From the NCBI RefSeq assembly GCF_988243305.1, contig NZ_OZ547136.1: a stretch of DNA of 64,000 nucleotides; one strand, given 5' to 3'. The notes beneath the pieces were generated by a model, which was not told the origin of the DNA, ran no database searches, and saw only the letters and a program-made list of their open reading frames with translations. This document shows, one piece after another, positions 21,395 through 31,637 of this stretch (the first letter of the stretch is position 1; the number at the start of each line of letters is the position of its first letter). The position numbers were made by a program, and so were the translations under genes.

Positions 21395-22138
21395 ATGACG
21401 AGTCCCGCACAGCGCCACATGATGCGGGTCTCGGCAGCGATGACCGCGCAGCGGGAAGCCGCCCCGCTGCGACATGCAACTGTCTATGAGCAGATGCTGG
21501 TTAAGCTCGCCGCAGACCAGCGCACACTGAAAGCGATTTATTCAAAAGAGCTGAAGGCCGCGAAAAAACGCGAACTGCTGCCGTTCTGGTTGCCGTGGGT
21601 GAACGGCGTGCTGGAGCAGGGCAAAGGTGCACAGGATGACATTCTGATGACGGTCATGCTGTGGCGTCTGGATACCGGCGATATTGCCGGTGCGCTGGAG
21701 ATTGCCCGTTATGCCCTGAAGTACGGTCTGACCATGCCGGGTAAACACCGCCGTACCCCGCCGTACATGTTCACCGAGGAGGTAGCGCTCGCGGCCATGC
21801 GCGCTCACGCTGCCGGTGAGTCTGTGGATACCCGCCTGCTGACGGAGACCCTTGAACTGACCGCCACGGCTGACATGCCTGATGAAGTGCGCGCAAAGCT
21901 GCACAAAATCACCGGTCTGTTTCTGCGTGACGGTGGTGATGCCGCCGGTGCGCTGGCGCACCTGCAACGTGCGACACAGCTCGACTGTCAGGCAGGCGTC
22001 AAAAAAGAGATTGAACGACTGGAGCGGGAGCTGAAACCGAAGCCGGAGCCGCAGCCAAAAGCGGTCACCCGCGCCCTGCGTAAGACCCGGAGCGTGACAC
22101 CGGCAAAACGTGGACGCCCGAAAAAGAAAGCCAGTTAA
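21395..22138 (+). CDS. Terminase small/endonuclease subunit (P2 gpM)
   Basis: 247 aa, basic C-terminus. Confidence 0.85.
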   Translation: MTSPAQRHMMRVSAAMTAQREAAPLRHATVYEQMLVKLAADQRTLKAIYSKELKAAKKRELLPFWLPWVNGVLEQGKGAQDDILMTVMLWRLDTGDIAGALEIARYALKYGLTMPGKHRRTPPYMFTEEVALAAMRAHAAGESVDTRLLTETLELTATADMPDEVRAKLHKITGLFLRDGGDAAGALAHLQRATQLDCQAGVKKEIERLERELKPKPEPQPKAVTRALRKTRSVTPAKRGRPKKKAS

Positions 22139-22237
22139 CAACCGAATGCGCCCCGCGCCAGGGCGGCACGCCGGTCAGTGAGGGTGAATCACCTGACACT
22201 GCACCGGCGTCCACCGCCCGACTTTTCAGAGGTAGTC

Positions 22238-22747
22238 ATGATGACGCTGATTATTCCGCGAAAGGAGGCTCCCGTGTCCGGTGAGGGTACGGTGGTCATC
22301 CCGCAACCGGCAGGCGACGAGCCGGTGATTAAAAACACGTTCTTTTTTCCCGATATCGACCCGAAGCGCGTCCGGGAACGTATGCGCCTTGAGCAGACCG
22401 TCGCCCCCGCCCGTCTGCGTGAGGCCATCAAGTCAGGCATGGCGGAGACGAATGCGGAGCTGTACGAGTACCGCGAACAGAAAATTGCTGCCGGTTTTAC
22501 GCGTCTGGCGGACGTCCCGGCGGACGACATCGACGGTGAAAGCATCAAAGTTTTTTACTACGAGCGCGCCGTGTGTGCGATGGCGACCGCATCGCTTTAT
22601 GAGCGTTATCGCGGCGTGGATGCCAGTGCGAAAGGCGACAAGAAGGCCGACAGCATTGACAGCACCATTGATGAGCTGTGGCGGGATATGCGCTGGGCGG
22701 TGGCGCGTATCCAGGACAAGCCGCGCTGCATCGTGAGTCAAATCTGA
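22238..22747 (+). CDS. Head completion protein (P2 gpL)
   Basis: 169 aa from MMTLIIPRK. Confidence 0.8.
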   Translation: MMTLIIPRKEAPVSGEGTVVIPQPAGDEPVIKNTFFFPDIDPKRVRERMRLEQTVAPARLREAIKSGMAETNAELYEYREQKIAAGFTRLADVPADDIDGESIKVFYYERAVCAMATASLYERYRGVDASAKGDKKADSIDSTIDELWRDMRWAVARIQDKPRCIVSQI

Positions 22748-22950
22748 TGAAGACCTTTGCGCTACAGGGCGACACGCTCGACGCCATCTGTGTCCGGTAT
22801 TACGGGCGCACTGAGGGCGTGGTTGAGACCGTGCTCGCCGCAAATCCGGGACTGGCTGAACTGGGCGCGGTGCTGCCGCACGGCACCGCCGTCGAACTGC
22901 CCGACGTTCAGACCGCGCCCGTGGCTGAAACTGTCAATCTGTGGGAGTAA
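22747..22950 (+). CDS. Tail protein X (LysM-like)
   Basis: 67 aa MKTFALQGDTLDAICVRYYG...; start overlaps L stop. Confidence 0.8.
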   Translation: MKTFALQGDTLDAICVRYYGRTEGVVETVLAANPGLAELGAVLPHGTAVELPDVQTAPVAETVNLWE

Positions 22951-22953
22951 CGC

Positions 22954-23235
22954 ATGACAGCAGAAGAAAAAAGCGTCCTGTCGCTTTTCATGATTGGGGT
23001 GCTGATTGTTGTCGGCAAGGTGCTTGCCGGTGGTGAACCCATCACCCCGCGTCTGTTTATCGGGCGCATGTTGCTCGGTGGTTTTGTCTCGATGGTTGCC
23101 GGTGTTGTTCTGGTGCAGTTTCCTGACCTGTCACTGCCTGCGGTGTGCGGCATCGGCTCCATGCTGGGTATCGCCGGTTATCAGGTGATTGAGATTGCCA
23201 TTCAGCGCCGCTTTAAGGGCAGGGGGAAACCGTAA
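22954..23235 (+). CDS. Holin (P2 gpY)
   Basis: 93 aa, hydrophobic, basic C-terminus. Confidence 0.8.
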   Translation: MTAEEKSVLSLFMIGVLIVVGKVLAGGEPITPRLFIGRMLLGGFVSMVAGVVLVQFPDLSLPAVCGIGSMLGIAGYQVIEIAIQRRFKGRGKP

Positions 23236-23732
23236 TGCCGGTTATTAACACGCATCAGAATATCGCCGCCTTTCTCGACATGCTGGCCGTGTCCGAAGGG
23301 ACGGCAAACCATCCGCTGACGAAAAACCGGGGCTATGACGTGATAGTCACCGGACTGGACGGGAAGCCGGAAATTTTCACCGACTACAGTGACCACCCGT
23401 TCGCACATGGCCGACCGGCGAAGGTGTTTAACCGTCGCGGTGAAAAATCCACGGCCTCCGGTCGCTATCAGCAGCTTTACCTGTTCTGGCCGCATTACCG
23501 CAAACAGCTTGCCCTGCCGGATTTCAGTCCGTTGTCACAGGACAGACTTGCCATTCAGTTGATCCGCGAACGCGGTGCACTGGATGACATCCGGGCGGGA
23601 CGCATTGAGCGCGCCATTTCACGCTGTCGCAATATCTGGGCGTCCCTGCCGGGTGCCGGTTACGGTCAGCGTGAGCATTCACTGGAAAAACTGGTCACCG
23701 TCTGGCGTACCGCTGGCGGCGTACCGGCTTAA
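23235..23732 (+). CDS. Endolysin (P2 gpK lysozyme)
   Basis: 165 aa with AVSEGT motif. Confidence 0.85.
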   Translation: MPVINTHQNIAAFLDMLAVSEGTANHPLTKNRGYDVIVTGLDGKPEIFTDYSDHPFAHGRPAKVFNRRGEKSTASGRYQQLYLFWPHYRKQLALPDFSPLSQDRLAIQLIRERGALDDIRAGRIERAISRCRNIWASLPGAGYGQREHSLEKLVTVWRTAGGVPA

Positions 23733-23746
23733 ACGGAGTAAACACC

Positions 23747-24172
23747 ATGAAGAAATTATCCCTTTCACTGATGCTGAACGTGTCGCTGGCGCTGATGCTG
23801 GCACTGTCCCTGATTTACCCGCAGAGCGTGGCCGTCAATTTTGTCGCCGCCTGGGCGATTCTGGCGACGGTTATCTGTGTGGTTGCCGGTGGTGTCGGCG
23901 TGTATGCCACTGAGTATGTGCTGGAACGCTACGGGCGGGAGCTGCCGCCGGAATCGCTGGCCGTGAAGATTGTCGCGTCGCTGTTTTTGCAGCCGGTGCC
24001 GTGGCGCAGACGGGCGGCGGCTCTGGTGGTGATGGTGGCGACGTTTATCTCGCTGGTCGCTGCCGGGTGGATTTTTACCGCGCTGATTTACCTCGTGGCG
24101 TCGGTGTTCTTCCGGTTGATACGCACGGCCTGTCGTCAGCGTTTTGAGGGGCGGGAACCATGTCAAAGCTGA
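23747..24172 (+). CDS. LysA-like membrane protein (lysis timing)
   Basis: 141 aa, multi-TM. Confidence 0.7.
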   Translation: MKKLSLSLMLNVSLALMLALSLIYPQSVAVNFVAAWAILATVICVVAGGVGVYATEYVLERYGRELPPESLAVKIVASLFLQPVPWRRRAAALVVMVATFISLVAAGWIFTALIYLVASVFFRLIRTACRQRFEGREPCQS

Positions 24173-24585
24173 TGATTGTGCTGGTTGTGTTGTTATCACT
24201 GGCGGTGGCCGGTCTGTTTCTGGCGAAGCATGAAAACGCCAGCCTGCGCACCTCGCTGGACAGGGCGAACAACGTCGCCAGCGGGCAGCAGACGACCATC
24301 ACCATGCTGCAAAATCAGCTTCATGTTGCCATCACCAGGGCAGACAAAAACGAGCTGGCGCAGGTGGCACTGCGTCAGGAACTGGAGAACGCCGCGAAGC
24401 GTGAAGCACAGCGCGAGAAAACCATCACGAGGTTACTTAATGAAAACGAAGATTTTCGCCGCTGGTACGGTGCTGACCTGCCTGATGCTGTGCGCCGGTT
24501 GCACCAGCGCCCCGCCTGCACTGACGCCAGTGATTGTCGCCAACGCCTGCCCGAAAGTGAGCCTTTGCCCGATGCCGGGCAGTGA
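24160..24585 (+). CDS. LysB, Rz-like inner-membrane spanin
   Basis: N-terminal TM, coiled-coil periplasmic part. Confidence 0.7.
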   Translation: MSKLMIVLVVLLSLAVAGLFLAKHENASLRTSLDRANNVASGQQTTITMLQNQLHVAITRADKNELAQVALRQELENAAKREAQREKTITRLLNENEDFRRWYGADLPDAVRRLHQRPACTDASDCRQRLPESEPLPDAGQ

Positions 24586-24730
24586 CCCGCAGACGAACGG
24601 CGATTTAAGTGCCGATATCCGGCAGCTTGAGAACGCGCTGGCACGCTGTGCCAGCCAGGTAAAAATGATTAAACACTGTCAGGACGAAAACGATGCTCAA
24701 ACCCGACAGCCTGCGCAGGGCGCTGACTGA
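24440..24730 (+). CDS. LysC, Rz1-like outer-membrane lipoprotein spanin (overlapping lysB, +1 frame)
   Basis: MKTKIFAAGTVLTCLMLCAGC lipobox; Pro-rich. Confidence 0.65.
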   Translation: MKTKIFAAGTVLTCLMLCAGCTSAPPALTPVIVANACPKVSLCPMPGSDPQTNGDLSADIRQLENALARCASQVKMIKHCQDENDAQTRQPAQGAD

Positions 24731-25160
24731 TGCCGTCACGGTGCTGAAAACTAACCCCGATATGTTGCGGATATTCGTGGATAACGGGAGTATTGCCTCC
24801 ACGCTGGCGACGTCGCTGTCATTCGAAAAACGTTACACGCTCAATGTGATTGTGACCGACTTTACCGGTGATTTTGACCTGCTCATCGTGCCGGTGCTGG
24901 CGTGGCTGCGGGAAAATCAGCCCGACATCATGACCACCGACGAAGGCCAGAAAAAGGGCTTCACGTTTTATGCGGACATCAACAATGACAGCAGCTTTGA
25001 TATCAGCATCAGCCTGATGCTGACCGAGCGCACGCTGGTCAGTGAGGTGGACGGCGCGCTGCATGTGAAGAATATCCCGGAACCCCCGCCGCCGGAGCCG
25101 GTCACCCGCCCGATGGAGCTTTATATCAATGGTGAACTGGTGAGTAAGTGGGATGAATGA
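24693..25160 (+). CDS. Tail completion protein (P2 gpR)
   Basis: 155 aa. Confidence 0.8.
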   Translation: MLKPDSLRRALTDAVTVLKTNPDMLRIFVDNGSIASTLATSLSFEKRYTLNVIVTDFTGDFDLLIVPVLAWLRENQPDIMTTDEGQKKGFTFYADINNDSSFDISISLMLTERTLVSEVDGALHVKNIPEPPPPEPVTRPMELYINGELVSKWDE

Positions 25161-25605
25161 GTTTAAGCGTTTTGAAGACCGGCTGACCGGACTGATTGAG
25201 TCGCTGTCACCGTCAGGGCGTCGGCGACTGAGCGCCGAACTGGCGAAACGTCTGCGTCAGAGTCAGCAGCGCCGGGTGATGGCACAGAAAGCCCCGGACG
25301 GCACACCCTACGCACCACGCCAGCAGCAGAGCGCCAGAAAAAAGACCGGTCGCGTTAAGCGAAAAATGTTTGCGAAACTTATCACCAGTCGTTTTTTGCA
25401 TATCCGCGCCAGCCCGGAGCAGGCATCAATGGAGTTTTACGGCGGGAAGTCGCCGAAAATCGCCAGTGTGCATCAGTTCGGTCTGTCGGAAGAAAACCGG
25501 AAAGACGGTAAGAAAATTGATTATCCGGCGCGTCCTCTGCTCGGCTTTACCGGTGAGGATGTGCAGATGATTGAAGAGATTATCCTGGCTCACCTCGACC
25601 GTTAG
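25153..25605 (+). CDS. Tail completion protein (P2 gpS)
   Basis: 150 aa. Confidence 0.8.
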   Translation: MNEFKRFEDRLTGLIESLSPSGRRRLSAELAKRLRQSQQRRVMAQKAPDGTPYAPRQQQSARKKTGRVKRKMFAKLITSRFLHIRASPEQASMEFYGGKSPKIASVHQFGLSEENRKDGKKIDYPARPLLGFTGEDVQMIEEIILAHLDR

Positions 25606-25671
25606 TTGTGCCATTCCCGACACCTCATCGTCACATTGCCGCCGGTATGACCCGGCGGCATCCTTCCCGTT

Positions 25672-26307
25672 ATGAACACTCTCGCAAATATTCAGGAACT
25701 CGCGCGCGCACTGCGCAATATGATTCGCACCGGCATTATCGTCGAAACCGACCTTAACGCCGGTCGCTGCCGTGTGCAGACCGGCGGCATGTGCACCGAC
25801 TGGCTTCAGTGGCTGACCCATCGCGCAGGACGTTCGCGCACATGGTGGGCACCTTCCGTGGGGGAACAGGTGCTGATTCTGGCCGTGGGTGGTGAACTCG
25901 ACACGGCGTTCGTTCTGCCGGGGATTTATTCCGGCGATAACCCCTCGCCGTCTGTGTCGGCGGATGCCCTGCATATCCGTTTCCCTGACGGGGCGGTGAT
26001 TGAGTATGAACCCGAAACCAGTGCACTCACGGTAAGCGGAATTAAAACGGCCAGCGTGACGGCTTCTGATTCTGTTACTGCCACGGTACCGGTGGTCACG
26101 GTGAAAGCGTCAACCCGTGTCACCCTGGACACACCGGAAGTGGTCTGCACTAACAAACTGACTACCGGCACGCTGGAAGTGCAGAAGGGCGGGACGATGC
26201 GCGGCAACATTGAACACACCGGCGGTGAACTCTCATCAAACGGTAAGGTACTGCATACCCACAAACACCCCGGCGACAGCGGCGGCACAACCGGGAGTCC
26301 TCTATGA
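25672..26307 (+). CDS. Baseplate spike/assembly protein (P2 gpV)
   Basis: 211 aa. Confidence 0.85.
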   Translation: MNTLANIQELARALRNMIRTGIIVETDLNAGRCRVQTGGMCTDWLQWLTHRAGRSRTWWAPSVGEQVLILAVGGELDTAFVLPGIYSGDNPSPSVSADALHIRFPDGAVIEYEPETSALTVSGIKTASVTASDSVTATVPVVTVKASTRVTLDTPEVVCTNKLTTGTLEVQKGGTMRGNIEHTGGELSSNGKVLHTHKHPGDSGGTTGSPL

Positions 26308-26651
26308 CAGCGCGTTATCTCGGAATGAATCGCAGTGATGGCCTGACGGTCACTGACCTTGAGCATATCAGCCAGAGTATCGGCGATATCCTGCGCACAC
26401 CGGTCGGCTCACGGGTGATGCGTCGTGATTACGGCTCGTTGCTGGCGTCAATGATTGACCAGCCGCAGACTCCGGCGCTTGAGTTGCAGATTAAGGTCGC
26501 CTGTTACATGGCAGTGCTGAAATGGGAACCCCGCGTCACCCTGTCATCCGTCACCACTGAGCGCAGTTTTGACGGGCGAATGACGGTCACGTTAACCGGC
26601 CAGCACAACGACACCGGCCAGCCACTTTCGTTAACCATCCCTGTGAGTTGA
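26304..26651 (+). CDS. Baseplate protein (P2 gpW)
   Basis: 115 aa. Confidence 0.85.
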   Translation: MTARYLGMNRSDGLTVTDLEHISQSIGDILRTPVGSRVMRRDYGSLLASMIDQPQTPALELQIKVACYMAVLKWEPRVTLSSVTTERSFDGRMTVTLTGQHNDTGQPLSLTIPVS

Positions 26652-26655
26652 AATC

Positions 26656-27564
26656 ATGCCGATTATCGACCTGAACCAGCTACCCGCACCGGATGTGGTC
26701 GAGGAGCTGGACTTTGAAACCATTCTCGCCGAACGCAAGGCGACACTGATTTCCCTTTACCCGGAAGACCAGCAGGAGGCGGTCGCCCGTACCCTGACGC
26801 TGGAATCCGAGCCTCTCGTCAAACTGCTGGAGGAAAATGCTTATCGTGAGCTTATCTGGCGTCAGCGTGTGAATGAGGCCGCACGGGCGGTGATGCTGGC
26901 CTGTGCAGCCGGTAATGACCTTGATGTGATTGGTGCCAATTACAACACCACGCGCCTGATTATCACCCCGGCAGATGATTCGACCATCCCGCCGACACCG
27001 GCAGTGATGGAGTCTGACACCGATTATCGTCTGCGTATTCAGCAGGCGTTTGAGGGCTTAAGCGTCGCCGGGTCGGTGGGAGCCTATCAGTATCATGGTC
27101 GCAGTGCTGACGGGCGTGTCGCGGATATCTCTGTCACCAGTCCGTCTCCGGCCTGCGTCACTATCTCCGTGCTGTCACGTGAAAATAACGGCGTCGCATC
27201 CGAAGACCTGCTGGCCGTGGTGCGTAACGCCCTTAATGGCGAGGACGTCAGGCCGGTAGCCGACCGCGTGACCGTGCAGTCTGCCGCCATTGTCGAATAT
27301 CAGATAAACGCCACGCTTTACCTTTACCCAGGTCCCGAAAGCGAACCCATCCGCGCTGCTGCCGTGAAAAAACTGGAAGCGTACATCACGGCACAGCACC
27401 GGCTTGGGCGCGACATCCGTCTGTCTGCCATTTATGCCGCTTTGCATGTGGAAGGCGTGCAGCGTGTCGAACTGACTGCACCTCTGGCTGACATTGTGCT
27501 CAACAGTACGCAGGCGTCTTTCTGCACCGAATACAGCGTCGTGACCGGAGGCTCGGATGAGTGA
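26656..27564 (+). CDS. Baseplate protein (P2 gpJ)
   Basis: 302 aa. Confidence 0.85.
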   Translation: MPIIDLNQLPAPDVVEELDFETILAERKATLISLYPEDQQEAVARTLTLESEPLVKLLEENAYRELIWRQRVNEAARAVMLACAAGNDLDVIGANYNTTRLIITPADDSTIPPTPAVMESDTDYRLRIQQAFEGLSVAGSVGAYQYHGRSADGRVADISVTSPSPACVTISVLSRENNGVASEDLLAVVRNALNGEDVRPVADRVTVQSAAIVEYQINATLYLYPGPESEPIRAAAVKKLEAYITAQHRLGRDIRLSAIYAALHVEGVQRVELTAPLADIVLNSTQASFCTEYSVVTGGSDE

Positions 27565-28168
27565 TTCGCGCCTGCTGCCGACTGGCTCATCACCGCTTGA
27601 AGTCGCCGCCGCAAAAGCCTGTGCAGAAATTGAAAAAACGCCGGTCAGTATTCGTGAGCTGTGGAACCCGGATACCTGTCCGGCAAATCTGCTGCCGTGG
27701 CTGGCGTGGTCATTTTCGGTTGACCGCTGGGATGATAAGTGGCCGGAAGCGACAAAACGCGCTGTTATCCGCGATGCGTATTTCATTCACTGCCATAAGG
27801 GCACTATAGGCGCAATCCGTCGTGTGGTGGAGCCGCTCGGCTATCTGATTGAGGTGAGGGAGTGGTGGCAACTCAATGAGGAGCCGGGGACGTTCCGCAT
27901 CGTTGTTGGCGTGCTTGAGCAGGGTATTACCGAGGAAATGTATCAGGAGCTGGAGCGCCTCGTTGCTGATGCAAAACCTGCAAGCCGCCATCTGACGGGA
28001 CTGGCTATCAGTTTAAGTACAACCGGCAACATTTTTGCCGGTGCAGGATGCTATCACGGTGACGCCCTGACGGTTTATCCCTACACCCCGGAGGCCATTA
28101 TTGTCGGAGGGGATTATTTCCCGGCCTCGGCCATTCATTTAATTGATAACCTGAGAGTAAACGCATGA
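27557..28168 (+). CDS. Baseplate protein (P2 gpI)
   Basis: 203 aa. Confidence 0.8.
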   Translation: MSDSRLLPTGSSPLEVAAAKACAEIEKTPVSIRELWNPDTCPANLLPWLAWSFSVDRWDDKWPEATKRAVIRDAYFIHCHKGTIGAIRRVVEPLGYLIEVREWWQLNEEPGTFRIVVGVLEQGITEEMYQELERLVADAKPASRHLTGLAISLSTTGNIFAGAGCYHGDALTVYPYTPEAIIVGGDYFPASAIHLIDNLRVNA

Positions 28169-29529
28169 CAGTGAAATACTACGCCATTCTGACTATTCAG
28201 GGCGCAGCACGGCTGGCTAACGCGACGATGCTCGGCAGTAAGCTGAATCTGACGCAAATGGCCGTTGGTGATGCGAATGGTGTCTTGCCGACACCAGACC
28301 CGGCACAGACAAAACTGATTAACCAGAAACGCATTGCACCGCTGAATCTTCTTAGTGTTGACCCGAACAACCAGAGCCAGATTATTGCGGAGCAAATCAT
28401 CCCTGAGAGCGAGGGCGGATTCTGGATCCGTGAGATTGGGCTTTATGATGATGAAGGCGTACTCATTGCGGTGGCGAACTGCCCGGAAACGTACAAACCG
28501 CAGTTGCAGGAAGGCAGCGGTCGTACCCAGACTATCCGCATGATTCTGGTTGTCACGAATACCGAAGCCATCACGCTGAAAATCGACCCGTCGGTGGTAC
28601 TGGCGACCCGTAAATACGTGGATGATGAAGTCCTGGAATTAAAGCTGTATGTGGATGACCAGATGAGAAACCACATTGCCGCACAGGATCCTCATACCCA
28701 GTATGCGCAGAAACATAATCCGACATTTACCGGAGAACCAAAAGCGCCGACGCCTGCCGCAGGAAATAACACCACGCGGATTGCGACCACTGAGTTTGTT
28801 CAGGCCGCTATTACCGCTCTGATTAACGGTGCGCCAGCCACACTGGACACACTGAAAGAAATTGCCGCGGCCATTAACAATGACCCGAAATTCAGCACCA
28901 CCATTAACAATGCGCTGTCAGGTAAGCAGCCACTGGATGAGACGCTGACTCATTTGAGTGGAAAGGATGTAGCTGGTCTTCTCGCATACCTTGGTTTGGG
29001 AGAAGGTTCGGCATTACCCGTTGGCGTGCCTGTTCCGTGGCCTTCCGCCACTCCGCCAACAGGCTGGCTGAAATGCAACGGTGCCGCTTTTTCTGCTGAA
29101 GAATACCCGGAACTGGCAAAGGCTTATCCGACAAATAAATTGCCTGATTTACGTGGTGAGTTTATTCGTGGCTGGGATGACGGGCGTGGTGTGGATGCGG
29201 GACGTGCCTTGCTAAGTCTTCAGGATGACTCTTTTGAAGCGCACAGGCATGAGTCCTTTTTTTACGCGGGTATTTCTCGCAATGAAATACCATTAAAAAA
29301 TCTTCCAAGTTCAGACGAGATGCTGACTTTAAGTTCTACAACTAATGCCTTGTCCCCGGACGGTATTGATGCCACTAATTCGTTAATTGGTAATGATGAT
29401 TACAACTGTCTGATTGAAGGAAATAAAAATAACAAACGAACAGCGACGGGGTTGAGTACCAGTATTGTCGGTGCAGCAGAGACACGCCCACGTAATATTT
29501 CATTTAATTACATTGTGAGGGCTGCATGA
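28165..29529 (+). CDS. Tail fibre protein (gpH-like), constant N-terminus + currently expressed variable C-terminus
   Basis: 454 aa; contains inversion crossover site at 28991..29004. Confidence 0.85.
   Translation: MTVKYYAILTIQGAARLANATMLGSKLNLTQMAVGDANGVLPTPDPAQTKLINQKRIAPLNLLSVDPNNQSQIIAEQIIPESEGGFWIREIGLYDDEGVLIAVANCPETYKPQLQEGSGRTQTIRMILVVTNTEAITLKIDPSVVLATRKYVDDEVLELKLYVDDQMRNHIAAQDPHTQYAQKHNPTFTGEPKAPTPAAGNNTTRIATTEFVQAAITALINGAPATLDTLKEIAAAINNDPKFSTTINNALSGKQPLDETLTHLSGKDVAGLLAYLGLGEGSALPVGVPVPWPSATPPTGWLKCNGAAFSAEEYPELAKAYPTNKLPDLRGEFIRGWDDGRGVDAGRALLSLQDDSFEAHRHESFFYAGISRNEIPLKNLPSSDEMLTLSSTTNALSPDGIDATNSLIGNDDYNCLIEGNKNNKRTATGLSTSIVGAAETRPRNISFNYIVRAA
28991..29004 (+). repeat. Inversion crossover site, left (ttggtttgggagaa)
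   Basis: 14-bp perfect inverted repeat with 30904..30917; Hin/Gin-site-like AAACC...GGTTT core. Confidence 0.7.
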
Positions 29530-30131
29530 TGTATAACGCCATCTTGAATAGTAAACTTATTGCCACAAAGGCAGGAGAGATTACCGTTTATAACTATGAC
29601 AGTGAGACACGGGAGTATATTTCTGCATCAACTGAATATCTTGCTGTGGGTGTCGGTATCCCTGCATATTCCTGTTTAGATGCTCCTGGCACACATAAGG
29701 CTGGTTATGCAATCTGCCGTTCGGCAGATTTAAACTCATGGGAATATGTGCCAGACCATCGCGGTGAAATCATCTATAGCACCGAAACAGGAGAATCGAA
29801 AGAAATCACAGCTCCGGGTGATTATCCTGAAAATACAACCACTATCGCCCCGTTAACGCCATACGATGAATGGGATGGTGAGAAATGGGTAACAGATACT
29901 GTGGCACAGCATAGCGCCGCAGTAGGCGCGGCAGAAGCACAGCGCCAGTCACTGATTGATGCAGCAATGGCTTCCATTAGTCTGATTCAGCTGAAATTAC
30001 AGGCCGGACGGAAGTTGACGCAGGCAGAAACAACCAGCCTTAACGCTGTGCTGGATTACATTGACGCGGTGACGGCAACTGATACCAGCACCGCGCCTGA
30101 TGTCATCTGGCCTGAACTGCCGGAGGCGTAG
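29526..30131 (+). CDS. Tail fibre assembly chaperone (gpG-like)
   Basis: 201 aa following H. Confidence 0.8.
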   Translation: MMYNAILNSKLIATKAGEITVYNYDSETREYISASTEYLAVGVGIPAYSCLDAPGTHKAGYAICRSADLNSWEYVPDHRGEIIYSTETGESKEITAPGDYPENTTTIAPLTPYDEWDGEKWVTDTVAQHSAAVGAAEAQRQSLIDAAMASISLIQLKLQAGRKLTQAETTSLNAVLDYIDAVTATDTSTAPDVIWPELPEA

Positions 30132-30543
30132 GCCATTCAATATCTGGCGCACCGGAAGTATCGACCAGCTCCAGTGCGTCCAGATAATCCAGCCACAAAT
30201 TATATTGCGCCAGTTCCTCACCTTTCAGACGACCAATAGCCGCTTTACCAGGCCATTGTTTACTGTTCATGTATTCGTTGGCCTGGTTAATCAATTGCTG
30301 TTTTTCCAGTTCGGCTGCAGCAATCTGTTCCTCATGTGTTGGTGGTGGAATTTCAGACCATGCAGGAAAACCATTTTCTCCAGCGATGCGGATTTTCCCT
30401 TCCGGCGGTAATCCGGAAAACTCAATATACACCTGCTCGTCAACTTCAACAGCATCATCTGGCCATGATTCAGCTTGAGTGTAATCCTCTTTCATCTCCA
30501 GCGGATAGAAAGAGTTTGTAGTCGCGGAATATATATAATTCAT
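30103..30543 (-). CDS. Alternative tail fibre assembly chaperone (G') in invertible segment
   Basis: 146 aa, C-terminus resembles that of G, convergent and overlapping. Confidence 0.7.
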   Translation of the reverse strand: MNYIYSATTNSFYPLEMKEDYTQAESWPDDAVEVDEQVYIEFSGLPPEGKIRIAGENGFPAWSEIPPPTHEEQIAAAELEKQQLINQANEYMNSKQWPGKAAIGRLKGEELAQYNLWLDYLDALELVDTSGAPDIEWPTPPAVQAR

Positions 30544-30564
30544 TTCTCATTCCATATAGCTAAA

Positions 30565-30917
30565 TTAACAGCCTAACGCTAAAAATGAAGCGCCGAGACC
30601 TGGAGTACTGGCTCTGGATATAAATTTAACCGGGTCGGGACTAAAACCTGCACAGGCAATATAACCAACAGCCCCGCTATCTGGTGTGTAGTCTTGTGAG
30701 ACCAAAACACGCAGACATCTGTTTGGAAATGCAATCGGGAAATGGGTTACTACATCCTGTGCAATGCCTGGTGCGCCGATTGAGCCCCACTGAAGAATAA
30801 AACCTGATGGTAATTTTTGATATCCAGTACCTGAAACAGAAAGCGTGAAGCTACCCATATCAGGTATCTGATTCGCCCCTGTCCCTACATTCCTTTTAGC
30901 CGCTTCTCCCAAACCAA
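30565..30917 (-). CDS. Alternative tail-fibre C-terminal cassette (H' variable part), silent in this orientation
   Basis: Reads [14 protein letters not shown]... in same frame as H across the crossover repeat; upstream in-frame stop at 30967..30969. Confidence 0.7.
30904..30917 (-). repeat. Inversion crossover site, right
   Basis: ttctcccaaaccaacgtttatgaaaa resembles cix/gix/hix sites. Confidence 0.7.
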
Positions 30918-30984
30918 CGTTTATGAAAATGCAGAGATAACGGGCAACTGGCATCATCTCCGGTTTTTATTCAGGGGGATGCTC

Positions 30985-31578
30985 ATGCTTATTGGCTATG
31001 TACGCGTGTCAACAAATGACCAGAACACGGAATTGCAGCGTAACGCGCTGGAGTGCGCAGGATGCGAGCGGATTTTTGAGGATAAAATCAGCGGCACGAA
31101 GTCCGACCGACCGGGACTGAAAAAACTGCTCAGAACATTATCATCAGGTGACACTCTGGTAGTCTGGAAGCTGGACCGGCTGGGGCGTAGTATGCGGCAT
31201 CTGGTCATTCTGGTTGAGGAGCTGCGCGAACGCGGCGTTAATTTTCGCAGCCTGACAGATGCTATTGATACCAGCACGCCGATGGGGCGTTTTTTCTTTC
31301 ATGTGATGGGTGCCCTGGCTGAAATGGAACGAGAACTCATTGTCGAGCGGACTCGCGCCGGACTGGAAGCGGCCAGAGCTAAAGGTCGTATTGGTGGCAG
31401 ACGTCCGAAGCTCACCGCGAGTGAGTGGGAACAGGCAGGACGGTTGCTGGTTGCGGGTGAATCACGTCAACGCGTGGCGCTGATTTTTGATATTGGCCTG
31501 TCCACGCTCTATAAAAAATTCCCCTCATCAGCGGCAAAGAATAAATTGTGTCATCCCTTAGCCAACCGGGACAAATAG
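30985..31578 (+). CDS. Serine DNA invertase (Hin/Gin/Cin/Pin family)
   Basis: MLIGYVRVSTNDQ catalytic Ser motif, C-terminal HTH; adjacent to invertible segment. Confidence 0.9.
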   Translation: MLIGYVRVSTNDQNTELQRNALECAGCERIFEDKISGTKSDRPGLKKLLRTLSSGDTLVVWKLDRLGRSMRHLVILVEELRERGVNFRSLTDAIDTSTPMGRFFFHVMGALAEMERELIVERTRAGLEAARAKGRIGGRRPKLTASEWEQAGRLLVAGESRQRVALIFDIGLSTLYKKFPSSAAKNKLCHPLANRDK

Positions 31579-31637
31579 CCTGACATCTCCGGCACAACTG
31601 AAAATATCACTCACCCATTAACCACGGAGTTAAACGG

